DNA of 64,000 nt from a virus (taxonomy: Duplodnaviria; Caudoviricetes): the IMG/VR virus record IMGVR_UViG_3300034374_009547; one strand, given 5' to 3'. The position numbers were made by a program, and so were the translations under genes. Shown piece by piece: positions 19,285 to 30,194 of the stretch. The first letter of the stretch is position 1. Each line of letters starts with the position of its first letter. A model generated the notes under the pieces. That model saw only the letters and a list, made by a program, of their open reading frames with translations, was not told the DNA's origin and searched no databases.

Positions 19285-22200
19285 ATGGCATTAACATCAC
19301 CAGGCGTAGAGGTCAGCGTAATTGACGAGAGTTTTTACACTCCGGCTGAACCAGGTACAACACCTATTATTTTTGTTGCAACAGCAGAAAATAAACTAAA
19401 TGGTGCAGGCACAGGAATAGCACCAGGAACAACCGCAGCAAATGCGGGTAAAGTATATCTAATGACATCACAACGTGACTTAGTAGAAACATTTGGTGAT
19501 CCATTATTTTATACAGATACAAATAATAATCCAATACATGGCGGAGAACAGAACGAATATGGCTTACAAGCCGCATATTCATATCTAGGTGTAAGTAACA
19601 GAGCATGGGTAGTTAGAGCTGATATTGATTTATCAGCATTGAATGCAAGTTCAACTGCAACAGCAGCAGATCCTGAAAATGGTACATACTGGTTAGATAC
19701 ACAAACTACATCATGGGGTGTATTTGAATGGAACGGAAGTGCGCTATCAACTTCAAATACATCAGGACAAACATTTACTAACAAGGCTCCTATTGTTATT
19801 ACTGATTCAACAAAAGTTGCAAGTTCAAGTCCTTACACACCAAATGGTAGTGTAGGTCAGCCAGGTGAATATGCTATCGTTGCAATTTCAACAATACCAC
19901 GTTTATGGTACAAAAACTCAAGTGGTACTTGGGTGCAAGTAGGAAGTGCAAACTGGAAGGCATCATGGCCTTCAGTAAGTAGTTCAGGTTCGACTGCACC
20001 AGGCGCAGGCGAAGACTTTACTCTAAATGGTGCAACTATCACAACATCTGGTACAACATTCACAACACTTGCTAGTGATATTGAAGGTGCAGGCGTTACC
20101 GGTGTAACAGCAGCAGTAGTAGATGGTGTATTAGAAATATACAATGACGGAACTGGAACTGATAGTATTATCCTTGTTGACGGTACAGGAACACCGTTAG
20201 CAGATGCAGGTATTTCAGCAGGCACATATTATGCTCCTAAGTTACAAGCATCAAAACATACTAGTGTTCCAGAATACAAAACATCAGATTCAAATCCTCG
20301 TCCAACTGGAAGTATTTGGGTTAAAACAACAGAACCAAACTCAGGCGCACGTTGGAGAACCAAAGTATGGAACGGCGATACAGCAACATGGGATGCAGTT
20401 GATGCACCAATTTTTGATAATGGCGCAAGTGCAATTTATGAATTAGACAAAGCAGGTGGTGGTGCTAACTTACTTCCAGCAAATCTTTATGTAAAAACAA
20501 ACGTAACTGAAGCAGCAACTAATCTTGCTAATTTTACAATTTACAAAAGAGCAGCAGCAGGCCGCACAAAAATTGTAGGTACAGCAGTAAGTTCTGTTGC
20601 AGTAGCAACATATAGTGTAACAATCCAAGAAACTATTAAAAATTCAGCTGCTTATGCATCAGCACGTACGGTATCAATCACAACTACAGGTGCATCAACA
20701 GATGCGGAAGTAGTTGCAACACAAATTAACGCAGCAGGTTTTGCTAACATTGTTGCAAGTGTTGATAGCACAAACAGAGTTGTAATTGAACATACCTTAG
20801 GTGGAGAAATTCGTATTACTGATACAGATGGACTACTACCATTAATTGGTTTTACAAAATACAACTACTCAACTAAAGCTGGAACAGCAAACTTATATGC
20901 TTGGCCAGGTGCAAGTTCTAACCAATATGAAGCAAGTTTGTGGACTGAATTAACATACACAGCAAGCAATGATGCACCAACTGCTCTTGCAGCACAAGGA
21001 GCATTATGGTATAGTAGTGTTGTTGATGAAGTAGATATGCTTGTACACGATGGCACTAAGTGGGTTGGGCTATTACATAGCGATTCTCCATACTATGCAG
21101 GTGGTGTAGCAGCTGATCAACCAGATCCAAAAGGTCCAATTGTAAGTGCAACTGAGCCAGATGAGCAATCAGACGGTACAGCACTTAAAACAGGCGATAT
21201 TTGGATTAGCACAGCAGATTTAGATAATTATCCAACAATTTATCGTTACAATGGTAACTTAGCATCTTGGATTTTACTAGACGCTACAGATCAAACAACT
21301 GAAAACGGTGTACTATTTGCAGATGCACGTTGGAGTATTAACGGCGGTTCATCGTCAGCACATGAAGCAGGAACTATTGCCGATCTGTTAACAAGTTCTT
21401 TTGTTGATCCAGATGCTCCAGATCCAGCACTATATCCAAAAGGTATGTTGTTATGGAACCTACGTAGAAGTGGCTTTAACGTAAAACGTTTTGAGCGCAA
21501 CTATATTGATTTAACAGCTGACAACACACGCTTTGGCGACGAAGATATGTCAACATATTATCCACATCGTTGGGTAACAGAATCAGCTAACGAATCAGAC
21601 GGTAAAGGTAGTTTTGGACGTAAGGCACAGCGTAAAGTTGTTGTACAAAAATTACAATCATTACTAAATGAAAATCAAGACATACGTGATGACGAATCAA
21701 GAACATTTAACTTGATTGCAACACCAGGTTATCCTGAACTAATTGGTGAAATGATCACACTTAACTATGACAGAGGCTTAACAGCATTTGTTGTTGGTGA
21801 TTCGCCGATGCGTTTAACAAGCGATGCAACTTCATTAAACGAATGGGCAACAAACGTTAACACAGCAGTTGAAGACAACGATAATGGATTAGTAAGTAGA
21901 GATGAATATCTAGGCGTTTACTATCCAAGTGGTTTTACAAGTGACAACGCAGGTAACAATGTAGTTGTTCCGGCTTCACATATGGTGCTAAGAACTATTG
22001 CACTTAATGACCAAGTTGCTTATCCATGGTTTGCACCAGCAGGTACAAGACGTGGTGGCGTAACAAACGCAACTTCAACAGGTTACATTAACAGCGAAGG
22101 CGAATTTGTTGCAGCAGCACTTAACGAAGGCACAAGAGATACATTGTATCAAAACAATGTAAACCCAATTACATTCTTGAGCGGAGCAGGCTTAGTTGTG

Positions 22201-22557
22201 TTTGGACAGAAAACTCGTGCAAGAAATGCAAGTGCATTAGACAGAGTTAACGTAGCTAGACTTGTAATTTACTTACGTAGTCAACTTAACACACTAGCTA
22301 AACCATACTTGTTTGAACCAAATGATAAGATTACCCGTGATGAAATTAAACAACAGGTAGAAAGTTTAATGGTTGAACTAGTTGGTCTAAGAGCACTATA
22401 TGACTTCCTAGTTGTATGTGACGAAACAAACAACACTCCTGCTAGAATTGATAGAAATGAGCTTTATGTAGATATTGCTATTGAACCAGTCAAAGCAGTT
22501 GAATTTATTTACATTCCGCTACGTATCAAGAACACAGGAGAGATCGCAGGTCTATAA
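19285..22557 (+). CDS. Tail sheath protein (T4 gp18-like, 1090 aa)
   Basis: SPGVEVSVIDES N-terminus; YPWFAPAGTRRG, NVNPI, FGQKT, DRVNVARL, VVCDETNNT, PVKAVEFIYI C-terminal motifs. Confidence 0.97.
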   Translation: MALTSPGVEVSVIDESFYTPAEPGTTPIIFVATAENKLNGAGTGIAPGTTAANAGKVYLMTSQRDLVETFGDPLFYTDTNNNPIHGGEQNEYGLQAAYSYLGVSNRAWVVRADIDLSALNASSTATAADPENGTYWLDTQTTSWGVFEWNGSALSTSNTSGQTFTNKAPIVITDSTKVASSSPYTPNGSVGQPGEYAIVAISTIPRLWYKNSSGTWVQVGSANWKASWPSVSSSGSTAPGAGEDFTLNGATITTSGTTFTTLASDIEGAGVTGVTAAVVDGVLEIYNDGTGTDSIILVDGTGTPLADAGISAGTYYAPKLQASKHTSVPEYKTSDSNPRPTGSIWVKTTEPNSGARWRTKVWNGDTATWDAVDAPIFDNGASAIYELDKAGGGANLLPANLYVKTNVTEAATNLANFTIYKRAAAGRTKIVGTAVSSVAVATYSVTIQETIKNSAAYASARTVSITTTGASTDAEVVATQINAAGFANIVASVDSTNRVVIEHTLGGEIRITDTDGLLPLIGFTKYNYSTKAGTANLYAWPGASSNQYEASLWTELTYTASNDAPTALAAQGALWYSSVVDEVDMLVHDGTKWVGLLHSDSPYYAGGVAADQPDPKGPIVSATEPDEQSDGTALKTGDIWISTADLDNYPTIYRYNGNLASWILLDATDQTTENGVLFADARWSINGGSSSAHEAGTIADLLTSSFVDPDAPDPALYPKGMLLWNLRRSGFNVKRFERNYIDLTADNTRFGDEDMSTYYPHRWVTESANESDGKGSFGRKAQRKVVVQKLQSLLNENQDIRDDESRTFNLIATPGYPELIGEMITLNYDRGLTAFVVGDSPMRLTSDATSLNEWATNVNTAVEDNDNGLVSRDEYLGVYYPSGFTSDNAGNNVVVPASHMVLRTIALNDQVAYPWFAPAGTRRGGVTNATSTGYINSEGEFVAAALNEGTRDTLYQNNVNPITFLSGAGLVVFGQKTRARNASALDRVNVARLVIYLRSQLNTLAKPYLFEPNDKITRDEIKQQVESLMVELVGLRALYDFLVVCDETNNTPARIDRNELYVDIAIEPVKAVEFIYIPLRIKNTGEIAGL

Positions 22558-22589
22558 AAATTGGGGTCAAGGAAACTTGGCCCTAATTT
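22558..22589 (+). terminator. 14-bp hairpin with GAAA tetraloop after the sheath gene
   Basis: aaattggggtcaag-gaaa-cttggccctaattt, immediately followed by late promoter GATAAATA (22590-22597). Confidence 0.75.
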
Positions 22590-22621
22590 GATAAATACTT
22601 GTGTATTAAGGAGAACAATAG

Positions 22622-23260
22622 ATGGCAATCTCAACACTATTAAATTTAACGGTACCATTAGCTAATGATACAACATCAAGCTCACAAGGCTTGTTGATGC
22701 CTAAGCTACAATATCGTTTCCGTGTTACATTAGAAAACTTTGGTATTTCAGGTGACACTCAAGAACTTACAAAACAAGTTATTGATGCTACTCGTCCTAC
22801 TTTGAGTTTTGATCCAATTGTACTTGAAGTGTACAACTCAAAAATTCATATGGCGGGTAAACACACATGGAACACCGTGTCATTAAACTTACGTGATGAT
22901 GTAAGTGGTAATGTGCAAAAACTAGTTGGTGAACAACTACAGAAACAATTTGACTTTTTTGAACAAGCAAGCGCAGCTACTGGCCAAGATTACAAATTCT
23001 TACAAAGAATTGAAGTCCTTGATGGTGGTAACGGTACAAACACTCCAGCAGTGCTTGAAACTTGGGAACTATATGGATGTTTCCTAACACAAGTTGATTA
23101 CGGCAGCATGTCATATGGTGAATCAAACCCAATGACGGTTGCACTAACAATTCAATACGATAATGCAGTGCAACTTGATCAAGGTGTTGGTACACCAAAT
23201 GGGTTCCAAGATAGAACCATTGATAGCGGCACTGGTGCAACAGGCGCAGCAGCTCTTTAA
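22622..23260 (+). CDS. Tail tube protein (T4 gp19-like)
   Basis: Follows the sheath; PKLQYRFRV, MAGKHTWNTVSLNLRDD, ETWELYGCF, TIQYDNA; AAGGAG SD. Confidence 0.92.
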   Translation: MAISTLLNLTVPLANDTTSSSQGLLMPKLQYRFRVTLENFGISGDTQELTKQVIDATRPTLSFDPIVLEVYNSKIHMAGKHTWNTVSLNLRDDVSGNVQKLVGEQLQKQFDFFEQASAATGQDYKFLQRIEVLDGGNGTNTPAVLETWELYGCFLTQVDYGSMSYGESNPMTVALTIQYDNAVQLDQGVGTPNGFQDRTIDSGTGATGAAAL

Positions 23261-23280
23261 TAATTAAATGAGATTGTCTT

Positions 23281-23313
23281 AAATAAGGAGTCTTTACGGC
23301 TCCTTATTTTTTT
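23281..23313 (+). terminator. Intrinsic terminator after the tail tube
   Basis: aaataaggagtc...ggctccttattt plus T-tract. Confidence 0.85.
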
Positions 23314-23326
23314 GGATAAATACTAT

Positions 23327-24634
23327 ATGGCAAGTAAACTTTATGATAATTTTAGTGGTAGAGGAAATCCTAAAGGTATTTTAGGAGACTTTCAACATGC
23401 TGCCGAGCTTTATAGAAAAAATAACTTTAGACTAAGTCCTAAAGTTAAATTTTTATATCACGTTGTATTGAATATAAATCCAATTGCACTTGCATCGTTA
23501 GGATCGAGTATACAAAGTGCTTTAAGTACAAGAGAGATAAATCTACTTGCACAAACCGTTGACTTGCCAACATATACAACTCAAATGGAAACAAAGAATC
23601 AATACAACAGAAAAAAACTTGTGCAAACAAAACTTAATTATGATCCTGTGTCTTTAATTTTCCATGATGATAATGCAGGATTAACTACACTACTCTGGGA
23701 AGCATATTACAGATATTATTTTCAAGATGGCAACTATTCTACTAGAACATCAACAGGTAGACCAAATTCCTATCGTGTTGGACTATATGATCCTGAACCA
23801 TTAAACTTGTATAGGCACGGTCTTGATAGATATAATTTTACAGAAGCACCGTTTTTTGATAGCATAGTTATACATCAACTACATCCGCAAAATGAAATAT
23901 CAAAATTTACAAGTTATACACTTGTTAATCCATTAATTGAAAGTCATAGACATGATACTTTAGATCAAACATCCGGAAGTGGATTAATGAAAAACACAAT
24001 GTCTATTCAATATGAAACCGTGCTGTATAATAGAGGTACTACTACACAAGATAATCCTGCAGGATTTGGAGATGATGCACATTATGATACAACACCAAGT
24101 CCATATGCTTATAGCTCGGCTAACGAAAGCGATGTAACACCTTTTGAAAATAACAGCATAAGTTTAGAGGGTTGGGCAGGAATATTTTTTGATGCTGTGT
24201 TAAAAACAATTACACAATCTGATTTACAAAATCAACGTAGTGTAATTGACAAGCAAGCAATTACACCTCCTATAACAACTAATCAACCATTGAGTTTGTT
24301 TAATAATGTTATTGTTCCTAGACCAGATACAATAACAGGCACAACTCAAACATCTGCAACAAATACAAACTGGGCATCAGTACTTAATGGCATAGCAAAA
24401 GACAAAAACACTTTAACTAATCAGCAAAAATTAAATGATTTTAGTAGAGTAGCATTTGGACTAGCAGACAACGATAGCGGTAGAAGTATATTTGAAAGTA
24501 AACTTGCATATGATAATCTTTCAGACGCTGCTACTTTACAAGTTCAAACAGCAGTTACTTTAAATGCAAACGAAATTGCAAACGGTAATGTACAAGGACT
24601 TAGAAACGATTTACAAAAACTAGGAATATTATAA
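23327..24634 (+). CDS. Tube-fold baseplate protein (gp54/gp48-like)
   Basis: VDLP...NQYNRK...YDPVSLIFHDD tube-like motif; GATAAATA at 23315 places the start at ATG 23327. Confidence 0.55.
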   Translation: MASKLYDNFSGRGNPKGILGDFQHAAELYRKNNFRLSPKVKFLYHVVLNINPIALASLGSSIQSALSTREINLLAQTVDLPTYTTQMETKNQYNRKKLVQTKLNYDPVSLIFHDDNAGLTTLLWEAYYRYYFQDGNYSTRTSTGRPNSYRVGLYDPEPLNLYRHGLDRYNFTEAPFFDSIVIHQLHPQNEISKFTSYTLVNPLIESHRHDTLDQTSGSGLMKNTMSIQYETVLYNRGTTTQDNPAGFGDDAHYDTTPSPYAYSSANESDVTPFENNSISLEGWAGIFFDAVLKTITQSDLQNQRSVIDKQAITPPITTNQPLSLFNNVIVPRPDTITGTTQTSATNTNWASVLNGIAKDKNTLTNQQKLNDFSRVAFGLADNDSGRSIFESKLAYDNLSDAATLQVQTAVTLNANEIANGNVQGLRNDLQKLGIL

Positions 24635-24635
24635 T

Positions 24636-25010
24636 ATGAGTTCAGTAACAGATGCAAGTATTAATCCATCAACAGATAGTGCAAGTGAAATAAAACAATT
24701 CTTTGATCAGTATTTTTCTAATCCAATACAATATTCTAGTAACGAAGTTGATAGTGTTGTAGGATTTTTTACAAAACGTGGTTTTGATCAACAAGCCAGT
24801 ATCAGTGTAGCAACTACATTATTACAACAAGCAAAAGTAGAAAAGAAACCAATCTTTCAATTATTAGATACACTGAAAGGTTTAGATAGTATACAATTAA
24901 GTAAATTAATTGCAGCAATACTTAATAGTAATCGTAGTTATACAAGTGCTTTAGGATATGTTAATAATGAAAATGGTGAAACAACCGAAAGTAGGAACAT
25001 TATTGTTTAA
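24636..25010 (+). CDS. Hypothetical protein
   Basis: Coupled ORF in the structural operon. Confidence 0.6.
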   Translation: MSSVTDASINPSTDSASEIKQFFDQYFSNPIQYSSNEVDSVVGFFTKRGFDQQASISVATTLLQQAKVEKKPIFQLLDTLKGLDSIQLSKLIAAILNSNRSYTSALGYVNNENGETTESRNIIV

Positions 25011-25447
25011 TGGCACGCTTTGCACAAGGAAAGTATACTTTAAAAAATCCTTCTAAGTACATTGGTGGTAGAACACCGACTTATAGAAGTAGTTGGGAAT
25101 TTGCTTTCATGCGTATGTGTGATACTAATGAAAGTATTACAAAATGGGCCAGTGAAGCAATAAAGATTCCATACAGAAATCCTTTAAGTGGAAAATTTAC
25201 AATCTACGTTCCAGATTTTTTTGTTGTTTACACTGATAGAAATGGCAAGCAACATGTAGAACTTATAGAAGTAAAACCTAGTAATCACACTCTTAAAGAA
25301 AAAACTGGCCGCAGTAGAACTAACCAATTACATTTTGCAGTTAATCAAGCCAAATGGACTGCTGCTAGAGCATATTGTAAACAAAAAGGTATGACGTTTA
25401 GAATAGTTACTGAAAATGAAATGTTTCACCAAGGTAAAAGAAGATGA
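25010..25447 (+). CDS. Head completion nuclease (T4 gp4-like, TnsA-type PD-(D/E)xK)
   Basis: YRSSWE, WASE.IKIPY, YVPDFF, IEVKP, NQAKWTAA motifs. Confidence 0.9.
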   Translation: MARFAQGKYTLKNPSKYIGGRTPTYRSSWEFAFMRMCDTNESITKWASEAIKIPYRNPLSGKFTIYVPDFFVVYTDRNGKQHVELIEVKPSNHTLKEKTGRSRTNQLHFAVNQAKWTAARAYCKQKGMTFRIVTENEMFHQGKRR

Positions 25448-26010
25448 AAATAGCATTTGTTCATATTCCTAAAACAGGAGGTGCAAGTGTTTATCGTTGG
25501 TGGTATAAAAATTTAAGAAATTCTAACTTTCAATTTGTAAGAAACGGACATGAATTCATAGGAAACATAAAAGAAGATTACGATAAAAGTTTTACAATAA
25601 CAAGAAATACATGGAATAGATTAATAAGTCTTTATGTATTTCAAGAACAAAAATGTTATCAAAAAATAAGAAAAAATCACAAAGTAGATTTTTATAAAGA
25701 TATTTTAAATGCATGGAATAAAGGAATAGAATACTATATTGAATATAGTCTTGACAATAATTTTAATGGAACACATTGTCAAATAGAATATACAAAAGGT
25801 GTAGAACATATATTTTCAACTGAAAACTTGAAACAAGATTTTGCTACTATACAACAATGGGCCGATTGTTATATTCCTTTAGAAAAAAATGTGCATGTTG
25901 GAAAATATAATAAAAAAGAATTTATGACAAAAAAATTTATAGACTTTGTGGGTAATAAATTTCAAAAAGAAATAGAATACTTTTCCTATGCTCCTATACT
26001 AGATAAATAA
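25444..26010 (+). CDS. Sulfotransferase family protein (Sulfotransfer_2-like)
   Basis: FVHIPKTGGASV PAPS-binding loop; RNTWNRLISLY second motif. Confidence 0.8.
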   Translation: MKIAFVHIPKTGGASVYRWWYKNLRNSNFQFVRNGHEFIGNIKEDYDKSFTITRNTWNRLISLYVFQEQKCYQKIRKNHKVDFYKDILNAWNKGIEYYIEYSLDNNFNGTHCQIEYTKGVEHIFSTENLKQDFATIQQWADCYIPLEKNVHVGKYNKKEFMTKKFIDFVGNKFQKEIEYFSYAPILDK

Positions 26011-26035
26011 TAGTAGCATATAATGGATAACTACT

Positions 26036-26527
26036 ATGACAAAAAAATTAGAAGAATTGTTAAATTTACCTGATAACCAAGACATTGTTGATGAACAACA
26101 AGAAAAAGCAGAAGCAGCAGTTATTTCACATGAAGATACATTCCGTGATATTGCAGAGTTTGACAAAATAGCAAGTGCATTGCCTGCTGTAAAAGGTTTA
26201 GGTGATTTGGCAGACAAAGAACTAAATGAAGTTGCTGACAAAGCAATGACTGCATATGACGACCTAATGGACTTGGGTATGAATGTTGAAAGTCGTTATA
26301 GTGGCAGAGTTTTTGAAGTTGCAGGTACTATGTTAAAAACCAGTCTTGATGCAAAAGTTGCAAAACTAGATAAAAAACTTAAAATGGTAGAACTACAACT
26401 TAAAAAAGAAAAAATGGATAGAGACAGCGGATCCGGTGATGGCGGTATTACTGAAGGCGAAGGGTTTGTAGTTACAGATAGAAATAGTCTTTTACAAAAG
26501 CTAAAAGGACTTGATAATGATAAATAG
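26036..26527 (+). CDS. Terminase small subunit (gp16-like)
   Basis: DLMDLGMNVESRYSGRVFEVAGTMLK followed by a coiled coil and C-terminal FVVTDRNSLLQKL resemble gp16; late promoter at 26002. Confidence 0.6.
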   Translation: MTKKLEELLNLPDNQDIVDEQQEKAEAAVISHEDTFRDIAEFDKIASALPAVKGLGDLADKELNEVADKAMTAYDDLMDLGMNVESRYSGRVFEVAGTMLKTSLDAKVAKLDKKLKMVELQLKKEKMDRDSGSGDGGITEGEGFVVTDRNSLLQKLKGLDNDK

Positions 26528-26549
26528 TAGTATAGTTTAGGATACGACA

Positions 26550-27104
26550 ATGAAAAAATTTGCAGATTATTTAATTGAATCTAAAAAAACATATGAATTT
26601 AAAATCGGAGTTGCTGGCGAGCTGCCTGAAGATTTTGAAAACCGCATGGAAACTGCACTACAAAAGTTTGCTTGTACAAAGATGAGTGCAGGTAAAAAAA
26701 CACCTATTCAAGAACGTCCGTTGGACTTTCCTCAATTACAAAATACAGACGTTACCTACTATGAAGTAGAATGTTCATATCCTACAACAATACAAGTTTT
26801 ACAAGAATACATTGGTAGTTGCTGTGCTATTCCTCAAAGCCACATTATTGTACGTAATCCAAACGAACCACAAGAACTATATCAGCAAGAAGATACAAAA
26901 GACGAATATGTAGCAAAACTTACACAAGAAGACATGGGCGGAGAAAGCGCACAAGAAGATGCAGGCAGCGCTCGTGTTATGAATTTGTTGAAAGAATTAG
27001 AAACAGCCCGTAAAGAAAGATCAAACGATTATGTTGGTGAGGCTCCTGCAGGAGAGAGCAAAGATATCGGCGATGCTGAAAACAGCAAGGCAGTGTTATC
27101 ATGA
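26550..27104 (+). CDS. Hypothetical, probable internal head protein
   Basis: MKKFADYLIE/S N-terminus; late promoter GATAAATA at 26519. Confidence 0.55.
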   Translation: MKKFADYLIESKKTYEFKIGVAGELPEDFENRMETALQKFACTKMSAGKKTPIQERPLDFPQLQNTDVTYYEVECSYPTTIQVLQEYIGSCCAIPQSHIIVRNPNEPQELYQQEDTKDEYVAKLTQEDMGGESAQEDAGSARVMNLLKELETARKERSNDYVGEAPAGESKDIGDAENSKAVLS

Positions 27105-28555
27105 AACGTAAAGAAATCCTAACAGAAAATCCTCTAGCAATTGCACTTATGGGCGCACTAGTTGGTATGGGACTAGAAAAAGAAAAAGCAAAAAAAGCAG
27201 CAGCACAAGCTGTAAATCAAGCACAATCAGGTAAAGCAGCACCAGCAGCAGCAACAGCACCACAGGGTGCAGATTATAATCAAATTATGAAACGTGGCAG
27301 TAGAGGCGAAGGTGTTAAGCAACTACAAATAAACTTAGGTATGACAGGTCCAGAAGTTGATGGTATTTTTGGTCCTGCTACAGAAAAAGCAGTTAAAACA
27401 TTTCAACAAAATTCAGGTGCAAAGGTTGATGGTATTGTTGGTCCAGAAACTAGAGGCATGATTGAAAAATATGCAGGTAATAATGATGAACCAGCAGCAA
27501 GTTCTCCTCCACAAAGTACAACCCCAAGTTCAACAAAGCCGTGGAGAGCTGTAAATCCTCAACCACCAGGTTATGGACGTCAAGTAAATAAAATTCTAAT
27601 TACAGATGGTAGTAGATATTATTATGTAGGTGCCGAACCAGAAAATGGAAAATATACAGGCGGTGGACCAGTAAAGATAGGTGCCGACGGCAAACCAACT
27701 GGTATTGAAAATTTAAAAGGATTTCAAACTGATGCTGATAACGTAGACATGAGCGGGGTAAAGGAGTCAATTATGACAGACAAAAAACAATTAGACGAAG
27801 CAAGCATTAACATTAATGGTGCTGATGCAAGTGAAGTAGCAGAAATACTACGTATGATGCAACTAGCAGGAGCACCGGGTGCAAAAGTAGTTGAACCAGA
27901 CGATATTAATCCAGGTCCAAAACCTTGCCCAATATGCGGAAAGATTCACGGTCCAAGTCAACCAATGGGCGGCTGTGGTGCAAAACCAAAAGAGCCAGGC
28001 ATGGGCGATATGATCAAATTAATGGCCCCAGAAGAAGCAGTTGCAGAAGGCGAAGATAAAATAAACAATCCAGCATATTTAGATATAATAAAAAATTTAC
28101 TAATGCGAGCAAAAAGCACTGAAGAATTTAAAGATTATCTAAACAATGAAATGGACGAAGATCCTAAATTTGGACAATGGATGAATTATTATGCAAAACA
28201 CACTCCACTAGGTAAAAGAGCAATAAACGTTTATTTCGGTCGTGACGTAATAGGCGAAGAAGAAGATTATGACGGTGATTTTCAAGATGCTAGTACAGAG
28301 CCAGATGAAACATATATGAATGATGTTAGTGCTAGTATTCCAGCAGGAAATGACATGCACAAAGAAAAAGGATCATACCCAGCAACAGCAGGTGGTGACA
28401 ATCCTATGAATACCAAAGAAAGCATCAAGGCAAGATTGTTACAAGCTCTTTCAGAAAAGAAAGCAAAACCAGATTATATTGATATTGACGGTGACGGTGA
28501 CAAAAAAGAGCCAATGAAAAAAGCCATCAAAGATAAAGAGAAAAAGAAGGACTAA
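27101..28555 (+). CDS. Probable internal head protein with PG_binding_1 domain, CxxC motif and DxDGDG motif
   Basis: KRGSRGEGVKQLQ...DGIFGPATEKAVKTFQ...DGIVGPET; CPICGKIH; C-terminal PDYIDIDGDGDKKEPM. Confidence 0.75.
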   Translation: MKRKEILTENPLAIALMGALVGMGLEKEKAKKAAAQAVNQAQSGKAAPAAATAPQGADYNQIMKRGSRGEGVKQLQINLGMTGPEVDGIFGPATEKAVKTFQQNSGAKVDGIVGPETRGMIEKYAGNNDEPAASSPPQSTTPSSTKPWRAVNPQPPGYGRQVNKILITDGSRYYYVGAEPENGKYTGGGPVKIGADGKPTGIENLKGFQTDADNVDMSGVKESIMTDKKQLDEASININGADASEVAEILRMMQLAGAPGAKVVEPDDINPGPKPCPICGKIHGPSQPMGGCGAKPKEPGMGDMIKLMAPEEAVAEGEDKINNPAYLDIIKNLLMRAKSTEEFKDYLNNEMDEDPKFGQWMNYYAKHTPLGKRAINVYFGRDVIGEEEDYDGDFQDASTEPDETYMNDVSASIPAGNDMHKEKGSYPATAGGDNPMNTKESIKARLLQALSEKKAKPDYIDIDGDGDKKEPMKKAIKDKEKKKD

Positions 28556-28573
28556 TTCATCCCCCCAGAACTC

Positions 28574-28600
28574 AATAGCGCCTTAGGGCGCTATTTTTTT
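28574..28600 (+). terminator. Intrinsic terminator
   Basis: aatagcgcc-ttag-ggcgctatt plus T-tract. Confidence 0.9.
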
Positions 28601-28613
28601 GGTTAAATACAAC

Positions 28614-30194
28614 ATGAGTAAAAGTTTAGACGGTGTATTAACAAAAAAAGCAAATCAGAAAGAAACATATACAGAAACACAAATTCAAGATCTATTGAAT
28701 TGTATGGATCCTGATGAAGGTTACTTGTATTTTGCAAAACGATTTGCACACATTCAGCATCCAGTAAAAGGAAAACTTTTGTTTGATCCTTACGAATATC
28801 AGTTGAGGTTGATGCATTCGTATCATAATTTTAGATTTAATATTAATATGATGCCTAGACAAACAGGTAAAACTACATGTGCTAGTATATATTTGTGTTG
28901 GTATGCAATGTTCAATCCAGATCAAACTATTCTTATTGCAGCACACAAATACACAGGTGCGCAGGAGATTATGCAGCGTATACGCTATGTATATGAACTA
29001 TGTCCTGATTACATAAGAGCAGGTGTAACTAGTTATAATAAAGGTAGTATTGAGTTTGAAAATGGGTCACGTATTATCAGTCAAACAACAACAGGCACTA
29101 CTGGACGTGGTTTGTCTATCTCGCTACTATATTGTGACGAGTTTGCGTTTGTGCAACCAAACATTGCTGAAGAATTTTGGACTTCAATTTCGCCTACACT
29201 AGCAACAGGTGGTAGAGCTATTATTACAAGCACACCAAACTCAGACGAAGATACATTTGCAGTTATATGGAAACAAGCTGAACAAAAGTTTGATGAGCAT
29301 GGAAATGAACAAGAAATTGGTATAAATGGTTTTCACGCTTATAGAGCTCATTGGAGTGAACACCCCGACCGTGACGACGAATGGAAAGTTAATGAAATAG
29401 GTCGTATTGGTGAAGAAATGTTTCGTAGAGAATATGGCTGTGAATTTTTAATCTTTGATGAAACACTGATCAATAGTATAAAACTTGCTGCAATGGAAGG
29501 CATTGAACCTACATTGCATATGGGTCAAGTGCGATGGTACAAAAAACCTGATGCAAAAAAATCTTATGTTATAGGATTAGATCCTGCTATGGGAACAGGT
29601 GGAGATTTTGCTGCTATACAAGTGATAGAACTGCCTACATATGAACAAGTTGCTGAGTGGCAACATAACACTACAGCTATTCCAGGACAAATTAGGGTTT
29701 TGCGAGATATTTGTAGTTATATTGCAGAAGAAACAAAAACTACTTCTAATATTTATTGGAGCGTTGAAAACAATGGTATAGGAGAAGCAGCACTACTTGT
29801 AATACAAGATTTTGGCGAAGAAAACATTCCTGGATTATTCATTAGTGAACCAATACGAAAAGGTCATGTAAGAAAATTTAGAAAAGGTTTTAATACTACA
29901 CATGGAAGTAAAACTACAAGTTGTGCTAGATTAAAAACAATGATTGAAAATGATAAACTAATATTAAAAAGTAAGCCTTGTATTAGTGAACTTAAAGCAT
30001 ACATAGCAGCAGGTAGTAGTTTTCAAGCAAAACCAGGACATCATGATGATTTAATTAGCAGTTTAATTTTAACATTAAGAATAATGAGCGTTATGAAAGA
30101 TTGGGATCCTACGGTTTATAATACGTTTAGCCAAATTGAAGCAGATGAAGAATATGAAATGCCCATGCCTATCTTCGTAAGTAGCAGTTATTGA
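28614..30194 (+). CDS. Terminase large subunit (T4 gp17-like)
   Basis: LFDPYEYQ, MPRQTGKTT Walker A, LLYCDEFAF Walker B, GLDPAMG and HHDDL nuclease motifs; start reassigned to ATG 28614. Confidence 0.97.
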   Translation: MSKSLDGVLTKKANQKETYTETQIQDLLNCMDPDEGYLYFAKRFAHIQHPVKGKLLFDPYEYQLRLMHSYHNFRFNINMMPRQTGKTTCASIYLCWYAMFNPDQTILIAAHKYTGAQEIMQRIRYVYELCPDYIRAGVTSYNKGSIEFENGSRIISQTTTGTTGRGLSISLLYCDEFAFVQPNIAEEFWTSISPTLATGGRAIITSTPNSDEDTFAVIWKQAEQKFDEHGNEQEIGINGFHAYRAHWSEHPDRDDEWKVNEIGRIGEEMFRREYGCEFLIFDETLINSIKLAAMEGIEPTLHMGQVRWYKKPDAKKSYVIGLDPAMGTGGDFAAIQVIELPTYEQVAEWQHNTTAIPGQIRVLRDICSYIAEETKTTSNIYWSVENNGIGEAALLVIQDFGEENIPGLFISEPIRKGHVRKFRKGFNTTHGSKTTSCARLKTMIENDKLILKSKPCISELKAYIAAGSSFQAKPGHHDDLISSLILTLRIMSVMKDWDPTVYNTFSQIEADEEYEMPMPIFVSSSY

